From positions 8,628 through 72,627 of IMG/VR virus record IMGVR_UViG_3300014205_000214: a DNA stretch of 64,000 bases; one strand, given 5' to 3'. The DNA is from a virus (taxonomy: Duplodnaviria > Caudoviricetes). The notes under the pieces are model-generated. The model made no database searches. It was not told where the DNA came from and saw nothing but the letters and a program-made list of their open reading frames with translations. The position numbers and the translations under genes were made by a program. The first letter of the stretch is position 1; each line of letters begins with the position of its first letter. Below are positions 36,308 to 45,879 of the stretch, piece by piece.

Positions 36308-36631
36308 TTATTCATTAGTTAGCTTTTCGTAAAGCTCTTTTCCAAGATTATAAAACTCTTGATTTTCACCGGGATTACAAATACTATCAAAGCCACGATA
36401 AAGACTTTCCATATCTGAATTACTATACCTAGCTTTTATCATATTATAAATATCTTCATCATTCTTCAATGAGGAAAAATCAAAATCTGGATCATAATAC
36501 TTAATAAGTGCTGGTAAAATACAACATCTACCATTAAGTACATTGTCTAAATTAGCTCCAGATGTTTGGTGAGGAGTCCAATTATTATCCTTAAAAACCT
36601 TAACTAGTTCATCAACAGTTGGAATATTCAT
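36308..36631 (-). CDS. hypothetical protein
   Basis: Packed ORF. Confidence 0.55.
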   Translation of the reverse strand: MNIPTVDELVKVFKDNNWTPHQTSGANLDNVLNGRCCILPALIKYYDPDFDFSSLKNDEDIYNMIKARYSNSDMESLYRGFDSICNPGENQEFYNLGKELYEKLTNE

Positions 36632-37178
36632 CTTCTTCTAACTCCTCTTCATTTAAATAAAGATATTCTTCAAAAGAAACACTAGTACCAAACCTACCAT
36701 TATAAGCTTCTTCTACTTCTTGAACAAACTCATAATCTAATTCGTAGCCTTCTTTAAGGAAGATTTCGAAAGCATCTTTTAATCGTTGTAATTCAATATG
36801 TTCATCTACATAAACAGTACAGCCACTTTCATCATTTTGAGCATGTTCCATATCATGAATGGCCCAAAACGGATTAGCATATTCAACATCTACTTCTACT
36901 TTTTCTCCGCTATCTAACAGCCAACTTAAATAAGCTATTAATAGGTCCGCACTACTAGTAGTATAACAGCCCATTTCCTTATTTAAATAGATTTCGCCGT
37001 ATTGATGTTCAAAAATATGTTCCAAATCATGACTTTTAAATTGTGTGTTTTTACTACTTCCACAATTATCCTTAAGAAACTCTTTATGCTTAAAAGGAAT
37101 ATAAAACTGACAGCTTCCGGTAAAGTCGCCATCAGTAATATCAATATTCAGAGTAACATTTTTGACTGTATATTGCAT
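36612..37178 (-). CDS. acidic hypothetical protein
   Basis: WAIHDMEHA; acidic tail. Confidence 0.6.
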   Translation of the reverse strand: MQYTVKNVTLNIDITDGDFTGSCQFYIPFKHKEFLKDNCGSSKNTQFKSHDLEHIFEHQYGEIYLNKEMGCYTTSSADLLIAYLSWLLDSGEKVEVDVEYANPFWAIHDMEHAQNDESGCTVYVDEHIELQRLKDAFEIFLKEGYELDYEFVQEVEEAYNGRFGTSVSFEEYLYLNEEELEEDEYSNC

Positions 37179-37180
37179 AA

Positions 37181-37906
37181 TTACTCCTTTTCCTTTTCTT
37201 TCAATCCAGAATTAAGAATCGTATCAACAGCCTTAAAAACAGCTTTAATCTCTGTTTCTGTAGGTTTATTCTTTCCAAGCCAATTTTGAATATAACTTCT
37301 AGACTCAGAAGCATCAAAACAAGTTAGCTCTAACTCATTCATTAGAATATATGCTACAGATTCAGCTTGAAACTCTTTAATTTCCCTTTTATCATCTGAA
37401 CCAATATGGCCCATAACAATATGAGCCAATTCATGGAACATTACTTTTGTAGGATACTTTGCTACAGGATTAATAGCATATCCTTCACTAGTAGCATAAC
37501 CTTGAGCATTTCCATCAATATGCTCGAAGTTAATCTCTTTAATGTTTAACTTAGATAAAGCCTTAACCTTATCCCAAGTTTCAATTTCAAAATAAATTTC
37601 TTCACCTTCTGTTTGAGACAGTGAAAAAATACAATTAACTGGCTTAAAACCACCTAATATAGTTTTAGTAGGATCTTTCTTATCCTTATAAAAGATTGGT
37701 CTAACAACATAATTAGACCTTTCACCTTTTCTAACCTGTCGGCCTAATTCTTGCCATTTTTTATACGTTGCAACTGGTTCTTTAATTCCCTGAAGCATAA
37801 AATGCATACGATTAATTAACGAATAGTTATAAAAACGATTATAAGTATTACTTGTTGAACCAGGAGTGTTAATTGCTTGAGACAGTAACTCAGTCCAATT
37901 TAACAT
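37181..37906 (-). CDS. ardC: ArdC-like antirestriction protein (ssDNA-binding domain plus zincin)
   Basis: YS..N, ATYKKWQELGRQVRKGE, F.LSQTEG, FHELAH...GH, EF.AESVAY. Confidence 0.8.
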   Translation of the reverse strand: MLNWTELLSQAINTPGSTSNTYNRFYNYSLINRMHFMLQGIKEPVATYKKWQELGRQVRKGERSNYVVRPIFYKDKKDPTKTILGGFKPVNCIFSLSQTEGEEIYFEIETWDKVKALSKLNIKEINFEHIDGNAQGYATSEGYAINPVAKYPTKVMFHELAHIVMGHIGSDDKREIKEFQAESVAYILMNELELTCFDASESRSYIQNWLGKNKPTETEIKAVFKAVDTILNSGLKEKEKE

Positions 37907-38030
37907 TTTTCAAACCTAAAAGAGTGATTGGTGATATAGCTCTATTATACTCAGTGGTATTCTTTTGTCAAGTGAATTATTTGATAACCATGTTTATTAC
38001 CATGCCGGGCGACTCGTTTTTGTTTAGCTT

Positions 38031-38321
38031 TTACCATGCCATTTCATTACAAACAATTTCACGAATCTTATTAGGACTAAGTTCTTTCAAAGCGTCACTC
38101 AATTCATCTTCGGAAAGATTATATAAATCAATATGTTTGAGTAATCCTTTTAATCCAGCTTCAGCATCTTTTTCTCTAGCAAATTGAACAGGAATAACTC
38201 CTCGTTTAGTTTCACATTCAATTAAAATTCTATAAGATGCTTTATTATCATCATTAAAACCTGAAATAGAATCTGAATCTCTATAAGATGTTCCAAATCT
38301 AATTGAGACTTTATTCATCAA
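38031..38321 (-). CDS. hypothetical protein
   Basis: Packed ORF. Confidence 0.55.
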   Translation of the reverse strand: MMNKVSIRFGTSYRDSDSISGFNDDNKASYRILIECETKRGVIPVQFAREKDAEAGLKGLLKHIDLYNLSEDELSDALKELSPNKIREIVCNEMAW

Positions 38322-38718
38322 AATCTCCTAAAGGTAGAAAAGGACTATTATCACCACCCTCAATTACTGATTCAAGATATTCCCCAATTTCTTTATGAGT
38401 CATATTTGTTTCATCATTCATTTCTGTTAGTTCAGTATAAACATTGTCCCCATCAAAATAACCTTGGGGGATATTTCCCATATCGTCTCTTAAGCCTAAT
38501 AATTCAATTAGTTTAGGAGGAGCACAGTAAATACTACCTTCATAAATAACTTGATTATCTACTTCTTTCTGTAGGTTAAAGACATAACAACCATGTCCTA
38601 AACAGCATCTTTCGCTTTGATTTTTAAAACTTTCTAACATACCTTTAATTTTTGGCGGATTAGTCTTTAGAAAAGTAATCCACTTTTTGCGATTTTCGAG
38701 AATTTCTTTACGATTCAT
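38311..38718 (-). CDS. hypothetical protein, CCLG family
   Basis: CCLG...L..MND...TH.EIG. Confidence 0.6.
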   Translation of the reverse strand: MNRKEILENRKKWITFLKTNPPKIKGMLESFKNQSERCCLGHGCYVFNLQKEVDNQVIYEGSIYCAPPKLIELLGLRDDMGNIPQGYFDGDNVYTELTEMNDETNMTHKEIGEYLESVIEGGDNSPFLPLGDFDE

Positions 38719-38995
38719 AATTAATATCCTATCATTGGTCTATTTTTACATTTTGGACACGAATAAGATTCAAAATCCTTCCATTTATATCTACATATAG
38801 AACATTTCTGTTCCTTAAACAAATCCAGGATTTTATTCCATTAGCTTTTTAAGCTCTTTGTTAACAGCTTCAATAAATTCCTGATCAGAATTGAATTTTC
38901 CACGAACTTCTAGTAGTTTCATAGTTTTATCCTAGATAGAGTTGTTTTAACTTCTGTAATTATACTCACGAAATAAGATTTGTCAAGCTAATCGC

Positions 38996-39439
38996 TTAAA
39001 ACAATTCAAAATTATCAATAAAATCATGAATCTCATTCCAATCTGCTGGAATTTGTTTCCAATTATTAATACCATCTTCAACAATAATTCCTGGAGTATC
39101 TAGTTCATATCGAGCCCGAGTAGGAATTGAAATTTTAATAAAATTCACCATTTTTTGGAGTCTATTAATTTTCTTTTTTTCTTTTAATTCTTCAATTGCT
39201 TCTTGAATAGCTGGAATAATTTGTCCAGTAAAACTAGAAACACACCAAGTAGAACTATTCATAGCTTTTTCAGTAACTTCTTTACCAAATTCTTTGATTA
39301 AGAGGTTTTTCAACGCTTGATAAGCACAACCATAAACTTGATCTAGTGATTGTCCACAACTATATCCAACCTTATTGGAGATATAAAGAGTGTTAACAAG
39401 GTATTCGGCAATAGCTTGAACAGAAGCGGAAGAAAACAT
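38996..39439 (-). CDS. hypothetical protein
   Basis: AGGA RBS; first gene after promoter 39477. Confidence 0.6.
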   Translation of the reverse strand: MFSSASVQAIAEYLVNTLYISNKVGYSCGQSLDQVYGCAYQALKNLLIKEFGKEVTEKAMNSSTWCVSSFTGQIIPAIQEAIEELKEKKKINRLQKMVNFIKISIPTRARYELDTPGIIVEDGINNWKQIPADWNEIHDFIDNFELF

Positions 39440-39571
39440 ATTATATTCCTATATTGAAACTGGTTGAACTTCTAACATTATACGCTAAGAATATGTTTTG
39501 TCAAGAGATTTTAATATCTTTATATAATTCTTCTTTTTGTTCATTAGATAGTTCTTCAAAATTCATTTTAT

Positions 39572-39850
39572 TCACCATTCTCCCTTATTAGCTTTATTTT
39601 GCTTTTCTCTAATTTCCCTAATCTTTTCCGCAACAACTTCTTGGCCCTTTTTCCACATTAAACCATCACGACAAAGTTCTTTAAACATCCAATAAGGAGT
39701 TTGCTCTTTTCCATTCTTAGAGAAAAAACCAATTTCATAGTTTCCAGATTCAGCAATATAAACACAAATATCTTCAATTACATATTCTTCAATAGTATTG
39801 TGAACAGTTAGTAAACAAAGAGTATCACCAATAGAAATTACTTTATTCAT
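39572..39850 (-). CDS. hypothetical protein
   Basis: TAATG coupling. Confidence 0.55.
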   Translation of the reverse strand: MNKVISIGDTLCLLTVHNTIEEYVIEDICVYIAESGNYEIGFFSKNGKEQTPYWMFKELCRDGLMWKKGQEVVAEKIREIREKQNKANKGEW

Positions 39851-40305
39851 TATAGAACTTTCTTAATAAATTCTTCTAATACTTCTCGACCAGATTTTCC
39901 ACATTGACCATTTAATTGATTTTGACGTAGAGTCATTCCAAGATTCATTACTTCTAGAAGCAATTCCTTAACTTCATCCTTAGAATAAACCTTTTCAGGA
40001 ATATTATCCAGGATATTATCTTGTCCAGAAGAAACCATTTGAAGGTTTTTAATTCTTTCTTTCCATTCTTGATTGATTTGTTCTGTGAAGGGATATTTTT
40101 CACAGCTTGTAAAACAGTAGCTAATTCTTTGGTCATAATCAATATTTAAATTAGTTACAGCTTCAGAATATGAACCATATACTTGACCAAGAACACAACA
40201 GGTATCACTATTTATACTAAATTTTTCCAGATTAATCTTGTTATACCAACCAGGATTAACCTTATTAAGGAATTCGACACCATTAGAGATTTCTTTTTCA
40301 AACAT
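39850..40305 (-). CDS. CxLGQ paralog family protein
   Basis: NGVEFL...PGW..KINL...CCVLGQVYG.Y. Confidence 0.65.
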   Translation of the reverse strand: MFEKEISNGVEFLNKVNPGWYNKINLEKFSINSDTCCVLGQVYGSYSEAVTNLNIDYDQRISYCFTSCEKYPFTEQINQEWKERIKNLQMVSSGQDNILDNIPEKVYSKDEVKELLLEVMNLGMTLRQNQLNGQCGKSGREVLEEFIKKVL

Positions 40306-40806
40306 AATAAGCTATTTTCATCTTTCTTTCCCTTTTTGTTTTCTTTAAAGGGTTTTAAGGGTCTTGAAGGAACTTTGAACAGGAAATATTACATTATACG
40401 CCAACAACAATCAAATGTCAAATAATTTTCTGAATTTTCTTTTAACTATCGAGAATCACGTAAAACACTCCTTAAAACAGACCTAACTATCCTTAATTGA
40501 GTATAATTCGGTTTTCAATAATGTCAATTACCTATTTTCTAATATAAATCCTGATAAATAAAGGTAATAAGATAAAAATAGTTAGGATAGTTAAAACATC
40601 AATAAACAGATAAAGCAGGTAACTCTGCGGCGAACGCTTTTTGTTTAGCATTAACAATCCATTTTTAAGAGTATTCAAAAGCAATCAGCTTTCAATTTCG
40701 TTTTTAAGGCCCTAGACTTCAATCCTAACGAGACTTTTTAATAGATAGGTGGTTTGAGTCGATCTAAAAGAAAACTCGTTAGAATTGATTTACTGAGATT
40801 TTAAGA

Positions 40807-41181
40807 CTAGTCAATTCTTCCAGCACAGATTGGGCCTATTCCACTAGAAATTGATTCAGGAGTGCTTAACGCTCTGTCACATACTCTACATTTTGTACTA
40901 AATTGGGAAACTAATCCTAACTCCTCAATCTTCAAAAGACAGTTAGCAGTTTTTTCGTACAAAGTTCCCTTGTGGCGATTCCAAATATTAATTCCGGATT
41001 CATCAACAAAACCAATTCCAAGATAATCTTCTTGGTTATTTGGCCCGATCAACATTGAAAGAATTCTTTTTCCAGCAAGCTTACCGGATTTGACTGTTTT
41101 GATTTGAAAAGTTCTATGATTTCCTGTTGCTGGATTACTAATTGTCAAAATACCATTGTGAGTCAAAATAGAAGTAGTCAT
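40807..41181 (-). CDS. DUF6011-like Zn-binding protein
   Basis: CRVC.R.L.TPESI..GIGP.C. Confidence 0.7.
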   Translation of the reverse strand: MTTSILTHNGILTISNPATGNHRTFQIKTVKSGKLAGKRILSMLIGPNNQEDYLGIGFVDESGINIWNRHKGTLYEKTANCLLKIEELGLVSQFSTKCRVCDRALSTPESISSGIGPICAGRID

Positions 41182-41203
41182 TAAAAACCCTTGATTTTAT
41201 TGG

Positions 41204-41761
41204 TTAATATTGATAGGCAAACTGTATATATTCGCAGTTCGCGGCCTTATCAAAATCTATACAAACAATTTTTCCGTCTTTAATTCCAATGTTTCCGATA
41301 TGATTATCAGTAAAACTATAGTCACATTTACTTTCAAGATCACTTACTAAGTCAGCAACATCTTCACAAATAGATCTATACAAAAATTCAATAAGATTAT
41401 TATCATAAGAATTTAGATTCTCAATAACATAAACAATTTCGGTAAAATATCCATAGTATTTCTTCCCGAGATATTCAACTCCATCAATTTTTCCAAAAAC
41501 TTCAGGGCCTAATCCAAATTTTGCTGCTTTTTCTTGGTTTTTATAGTTAGAGTCTCTTTGTTTTTCATTAGAAGAAAGCTTAATACCGATCTTATCATTC
41601 AATTTGAAGAATAGATTAAATGATCCATTCTTGCGGGGTGAACTTGAAATAATGTTTTGAACAGCTTCAACATCAAATTTCATCAAATTATCCCGATATA
41701 AGTTAGTATAAAAAACAATCAATTTTTGTTGTAATAATAAGTCTTTATCAAGATTTGACAA
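41204..41761 (-). CDS. minimal protein-kinase-like protein (paralog of 15079)
   Basis: GIK, GLGP, DNHIGN, IDFD. Confidence 0.65.
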   Translation of the reverse strand: MSNLDKDLLLQQKLIVFYTNLYRDNLMKFDVEAVQNIISSSPRKNGSFNLFFKLNDKIGIKLSSNEKQRDSNYKNQEKAAKFGLGPEVFGKIDGVEYLGKKYYGYFTEIVYVIENLNSYDNNLIEFLYRSICEDVADLVSDLESKCDYSFTDNHIGNIGIKDGKIVCIDFDKAANCEYIQFAYQY

Positions 41762-41836
41762 AATTGTATCAGATTATTACCTACGACTTTTCAACCGTAT
41801 GCTTATCTTGTGGTGCTTAATTTGTATTGATTGTTT

Positions 41837-42136
41837 TTAAGCGTGACAAAGTTCTTCAAGAATACCATTGAAATAGATAGCTAACAAACCTTCTTTATCA
41901 AATTTCTTTTCAATTTTGTTAAGCATTGCTTTAGAAATTCCTTTATTACTATGACAAGTAATCAATCCTAAATCTTCAGAATAATATCCGCGAACAGGAT
42001 TTTGATAAGCATCATCACCCCAAATATCTGAATGATAATGTTCGTGGTTATAAGATTCTGCTATTTTAATTTTTCCGGCAATTTCAATCCAAATATGAGA
42101 CATTTTTACAATGTTTTGATTGGTTTTCTCTAACAT
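41837..42136 (-). CDS. hypothetical protein
   Basis: First gene after promoter 42177. Confidence 0.55.
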   Translation of the reverse strand: MLEKTNQNIVKMSHIWIEIAGKIKIAESYNHEHYHSDIWGDDAYQNPVRGYYSEDLGLITCHSNKGISKAMLNKIEKKFDKEGLLAIYFNGILEELCHA

Positions 42137-42848
42137 TTTAAATTATCCTGATTTAGAGGCTTGATTGAACTCTTTCATTATACTGTAAAAGAGAAGTTTG
42201 TCAAGCGTTTTAAAGAGTGATTTTTTAGAGGAAATACTTAGAATATTCAATAAATAGTAAAGCAAATCAAGTAAAGATTAAAAAGCTATTAGACAAAAAC
42301 ACCAAAGCAATAAAGCAAAACATAAAAAGGTTTAAAGATAAGGAAAATATTGGGAATATATGAGTGAGACAAACAAAATACATATCTTTTCTCATCAAAA
42401 TTCGTTCAAAACATCCAAAGATATCTCATATTACTTAACTAGATAACCTCAAAAACACCCTTTCAAACATAAAAATGAGAAAGACATGCAATAGACAACC
42501 TAACAGAAAACTTAAAATAATTTTACAATATTTCTTCGTGTGCAACACTCTAAGTCTTTATTTTTCAAGCACTTACAGCAATTTTCCAAAAACTCTTAAA
42601 TCGCCTTACGGCTCCAATTCCCCCTTTAAGCATTTTTCCAAGCTACTTCTATTGAACTTAGCAAACCCTTATTTTAAAAGGACTTTTTTAATTTTTTCTA
42701 AAAGTGGTATCCTGTAGACGGGGGGTAGACCAAAACTACAAAAACACTCTAGTGGGGAAATTTACAACATTAACAAAAGTATTATTTGTCACGCTACAAA
42801 CATACTTTTCAACACATATTTTATCTAGAGATTCTTTAGAAATTAAAC

Positions 42849-42877
42849 TTGACAAAAGCTACAACGTCTGGTAAAAT
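42849..42877 (+). promoter_or_regulatory. rightward sigma70-type promoter with no downstream ORF
   Basis: TTGACA-N17-TAAAAT. Confidence 0.55.
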
Positions 42878-42982
42878 CACCTTTTGATTTAGCTTTTACA
42901 ACAAAATTTATAGTTAGAGATAGATAGCGATAAATAGCCCGAACAAATTTCTTTGAACGGGCTTCAAAATTACTTCCGTAGA

Positions 42983-43339
42983 TTAGCTTAGACAGTGGCT
43001 TCCAAGTTCACCCTTCAAAACATCTTCGTGCATTCCGTGCATAATTTCAATCATATCATCCTCAGTAATATATGATCGAGTAGAAGCATAAGAAAGACGT
43101 TCAGCCCTTATTAAGCTAATCCCAAAACCATATTCAATCTTCTCTACTGTTTTACGAGCACAGATATCCTTCAGGTTAAATCCTGAGAAATCCTTTGAAG
43201 ATATCTGAAAATGCCACAATAATCGAGCCATTTGAACTGTATCAACCAAACCGTCTTCCCAGGCGTTAAACAGAAGATTCTTATGATTATCGTCATTAAC
43301 TAGACTAACAGCAGTTTTCACAAAATCAAAAACACTCAT
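42983..43339 (-). CDS. early hypothetical protein
   Basis: GGAG RBS; follows promoter 43376. Confidence 0.65.
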   Translation of the reverse strand: MSVFDFVKTAVSLVNDDNHKNLLFNAWEDGLVDTVQMARLLWHFQISSKDFSGFNLKDICARKTVEKIEYGFGISLIRAERLSYASTRSYITEDDMIEIMHGMHEDVLKGELGSHCLS

Positions 43340-43436
43340 GAAAATTCTCCAGGAAAGTGGTTGGGAACTTCTTACATTATACGCCGGGAATATCTTTTGT
43401 CAAGCTCTTTTTCTACTTCGTTCATTTTGTGATCCC

Positions 43437-43898
43437 TTAAGAAAGTTTACAAACCTTCTTCTTTTGTGCTCTTTTGGACAATTTCAGAATCTGTTCAGCA
43501 CTAATACGATCTTCATTAGTGAAAGTTATTTCCTCCCAATTAGCTGCCATTGACCTATATCGAGCAATTCGCTCTTTCTTTTCTTCACACAGTTTCCGCC
43601 AAAGATCTTTTCTAGCCTGTTCTTTAGCAGCTAATTTCTGAGCTTGAAAGTTATTTGGAGTAACTGGAGTAGTACAAATATCAGGAACACGAACCCAATA
43701 CTTTACAGTTTTTTTAGCACCTTTCCAAACAACTACTTCTTCACGTTCTTTTTTACCTACCAAATCGGGGTCAAAGTCATAATGATAAACAATCTTGATT
43801 CTTGGAGTTTTTCGTGGACGAAACTTCTTTTTTCCATTTTCATCAACTCCAGCATAGAAAGATAAACTGTAAGTCTCAATTACAACTTGCTTTGCCAT
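43437..43898 (-). CDS. basic early hypothetical protein
   Basis: AAGGA RBS; follows promoter 43935. Confidence 0.65.
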   Translation of the reverse strand: MAKQVVIETYSLSFYAGVDENGKKKFRPRKTPRIKIVYHYDFDPDLVGKKEREEVVVWKGAKKTVKYWVRVPDICTTPVTPNNFQAQKLAAKEQARKDLWRKLCEEKKERIARYRSMAANWEEITFTNEDRISAEQILKLSKRAQKKKVCKLS

Positions 43899-43979
43899 TC
43901 TTATTTCCTTAAAAGTGTCTCAGAACCTACTCCCAGTATACACTAGGAATAGGGAATGTCAAATCAATTCTCTGTGGAA

Positions 43980-44102
43980 TTAAGAAGTTATTTTACCAGT
44001 TGGCAAGATACCACGACGAATAGCTTTAATAAGATACTCCTTACTTTCGTGATGAGTAAAGATTTTGTTTTTCTTACCAACTTTAACAATCAGAAAGTAC
44101 AT
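43980..44102 (-). CDS. 40-aa basic peptide (not in track)
   Basis: MYFLIVKVGKKNKIFTHHESKEYLIKAIRRGILPTGKITS after promoter 44142. Confidence 0.5.
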   Translation of the reverse strand: MYFLIVKVGKKNKIFTHHESKEYLIKAIRRGILPTGKITS

Positions 44103-44247
44103 TTTGTTTCTTTCAAAGAGATTAACTTCTGAACTGCCTCTATTGTACACCACGTTTAAGGAAAGTCAAATACATTATTTGTGGAATATAGAAGTTCATT
44201 TAGAAGCTTGAATAGGTGCTTATTTAGACTTTCTTTAGAGATTTAAC

Positions 44248-44276
44248 TTGACAAAGCTGGAAACGTGTGGTATAAT
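44248..44276 (+). promoter_or_regulatory. rightward sigma70-type promoter with no downstream ORF
   Basis: TTGACA-N17-TATAAT. Confidence 0.65.
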
Positions 44277-44403
44277 CTGAATTTTTTGTTTAGATAGTAC
44301 AAATATTCCCTTAAACATATCCTAAAACACTTCCTTAAACTTATCCCAAAAAATTGCTCAATACCCCGAAAAAAGCTAAAAATAAAAAATCGAAACTTCT
44401 GGG

Positions 44404-44886
44404 TTAGGAGAGACAGCTTATAACATCTTCACAAAGCTTTTTAAATTCGATTATTGTTAAGTCTCTTTTAGCCATATTAGCATCTTTACAAACAATTTGA
44501 CAGTTTTCAATAGAATTAGAACCATTTTTAGTTCTTGGAATAATATGATCTAATTGATAGCTTGAAGAATCTGTTAAATCAATTTTGCGATTAGTTAAAG
44601 CACATTTCGGGAAATCTCCTATTTTTAATAAAAGATCATCAACAGTAAAATTCATTTTAGAACCGTTTTTATCTTTTGAGAAATCTCTTATCTTATAACA
44701 TAGAATCATCCTAATATTGCTTTTATATTTTTGATAGTAATCCCGAGAAATATCTTTAGTGTTTTCTCTAGTATGATATTTAATAGTATTAAAACTAACT
44801 TGATATTCTCTTGATAAGCTCGCTAGGCTTTGTTTTTTAGATTTTTCTTTAATTTCTTTTATTTGTTCTTGATTTAACTTTTTCAT
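44404..44886 (-). CDS. HTH-HNH endonuclease
   Basis: N-terminal HTH; CALT...QLDHIIP...G.N...N.Q.VC...N.AK; late motif upstream. Confidence 0.75.
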   Translation of the reverse strand: MKKLNQEQIKEIKEKSKKQSLASLSREYQVSFNTIKYHTRENTKDISRDYYQKYKSNIRMILCYKIRDFSKDKNGSKMNFTVDDLLLKIGDFPKCALTNRKIDLTDSSSYQLDHIIPRTKNGSNSIENCQIVCKDANMAKRDLTIIEFKKLCEDVISCLS

Positions 44887-44917
44887 AATCTCTCCAGTTT
44901 AATAGATTCTATACATA

Positions 44918-44928
44918 TATAAATACTC
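44918..44928 (-). promoter_or_regulatory. putative late promoter
   Basis: GAGTATTTATA on the minus strand, 32 nt before the HNH start. Confidence 0.6.
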
Positions 44929-45038
44929 CAAAACGCTATTGATTACTAAATCATTATCAAAATCTAAAAATTGCACTTATATTGCACACTAACAGGGCTA
45001 AAACTGCCCTTTTGGGTGCGGTGTGACACCACACCTGG

Positions 45039-45094
45039 ATGGGTGGTTAGGTCAACTCTAGAGAGGTACTCACAATGGGTGGTAGGGTCAACCC
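45039..45094 (+). repeat. two 20-bp direct repeats, 36-bp period
   Basis: ATGGGTGGTTAGGTCAACTC / ATGGGTGGTAGGGTCAACCC (17/20 identical). Confidence 0.75.
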
Positions 45095-45516
45095 AAAGGA
45101 GTGGGTGAACGGGCGTACACTGGTTTTTTGTACACCTGTCAATTCGACCGCAGAGCAACTCGCGTGCCAATATCAAATTGACTTCATTACAAAACATTAA
45201 CTAAAGTCTACTGCGAAGGATGACGATAAGATACTCAGCGGTCAGCTCGACAGCTAAAACTAAGTGTCCCTGCCAAAATGGCAAAACGAAAATTCTTAAA
45301 AGTAATTGACGCCCTTAAAGGGCTCTAAGGGGAAAACATGCGACATAGACTACTGCCTGGCCCATTGTGGGGGTTGACTGGTTCGGATAATGTAAGTGTT
45401 AGAACGCGACGATTGATCGCAGCGGTTGGCTTGTTGCTGACCGCAGGCTGTGCGGGCGGACGGGTGAGCCTCACAACAACCATTCAGAATCACCCGATAA
45501 CAATTGGAGTAGAATT

Positions 45517-45795
45517 ATGGGAGTTAGAACCGTTGCCGCAAGGGACGAAGCTTTGCGACGTATCGTCGCCCACGTCAAAGAGGGATTGACACGCCGCAAG
45601 GTGGTAGAAGTTAAACTCGCTCCGCAAGGTTCAATTACCGTTGCGGATGTTAGGCGGTGTTTGAACGCGGACGGTGTTATCGTCAAGCGTATCGCAGACT
45701 CGGAACGATACGTAGCCGCTAGCATGGCAGCTCAAGACGGCTTCGGAATCAACTTGGAGACCACATGGGAAGCAGACCTGTTAGCGGCTAAATAG
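45517..45795 (+). CDS. hypothetical protein (GC island)
   Basis: GGAG RBS, 92 aa. Confidence 0.6.
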   Translation: MGVRTVAARDEALRRIVAHVKEGLTRRKVVEVKLAPQGSITVADVRRCLNADGVIVKRIADSERYVAASMAAQDGFGINLETTWEADLLAAK

Positions 45796-45879
45796 CTTGC
45801 TGGCAGTGCTGGTAATCGCGTTTTTTGTGGGCGTGTTGCTCACGAAACATTGAAGTAACTTTTTGAAAGAACTCTGATT

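Noticed and set aside
42205-42375. Hydrophobic minus-strand ORF with an internal TGA
   Set aside because: Low-complexity T-rich sequence readily yields such frames; no RBS or coupling evidence
1830-44000. Plus-strand ORFs in the track lying opposite minus-strand genes (for example 1830, 2247, 2920, 5575, 12559, 16964, 24848, 37002, 37873, 43338)
   Set aside because: Antisense shadows of motif-bearing genes, with no RBS or recognisable motifs
45039-45094. Mini-CRISPR array
   Set aside because: Only two imperfect 20-bp repeats with a 16-bp spacer; too short and not palindromic
44964-45725. Island ORFs 44964, 45338, 45471 and their overlaps (also 45781, 45966)
   Set aside because: Conflict with the better-supported 45517 and 45880 ORFs; open frames are expected at high GC
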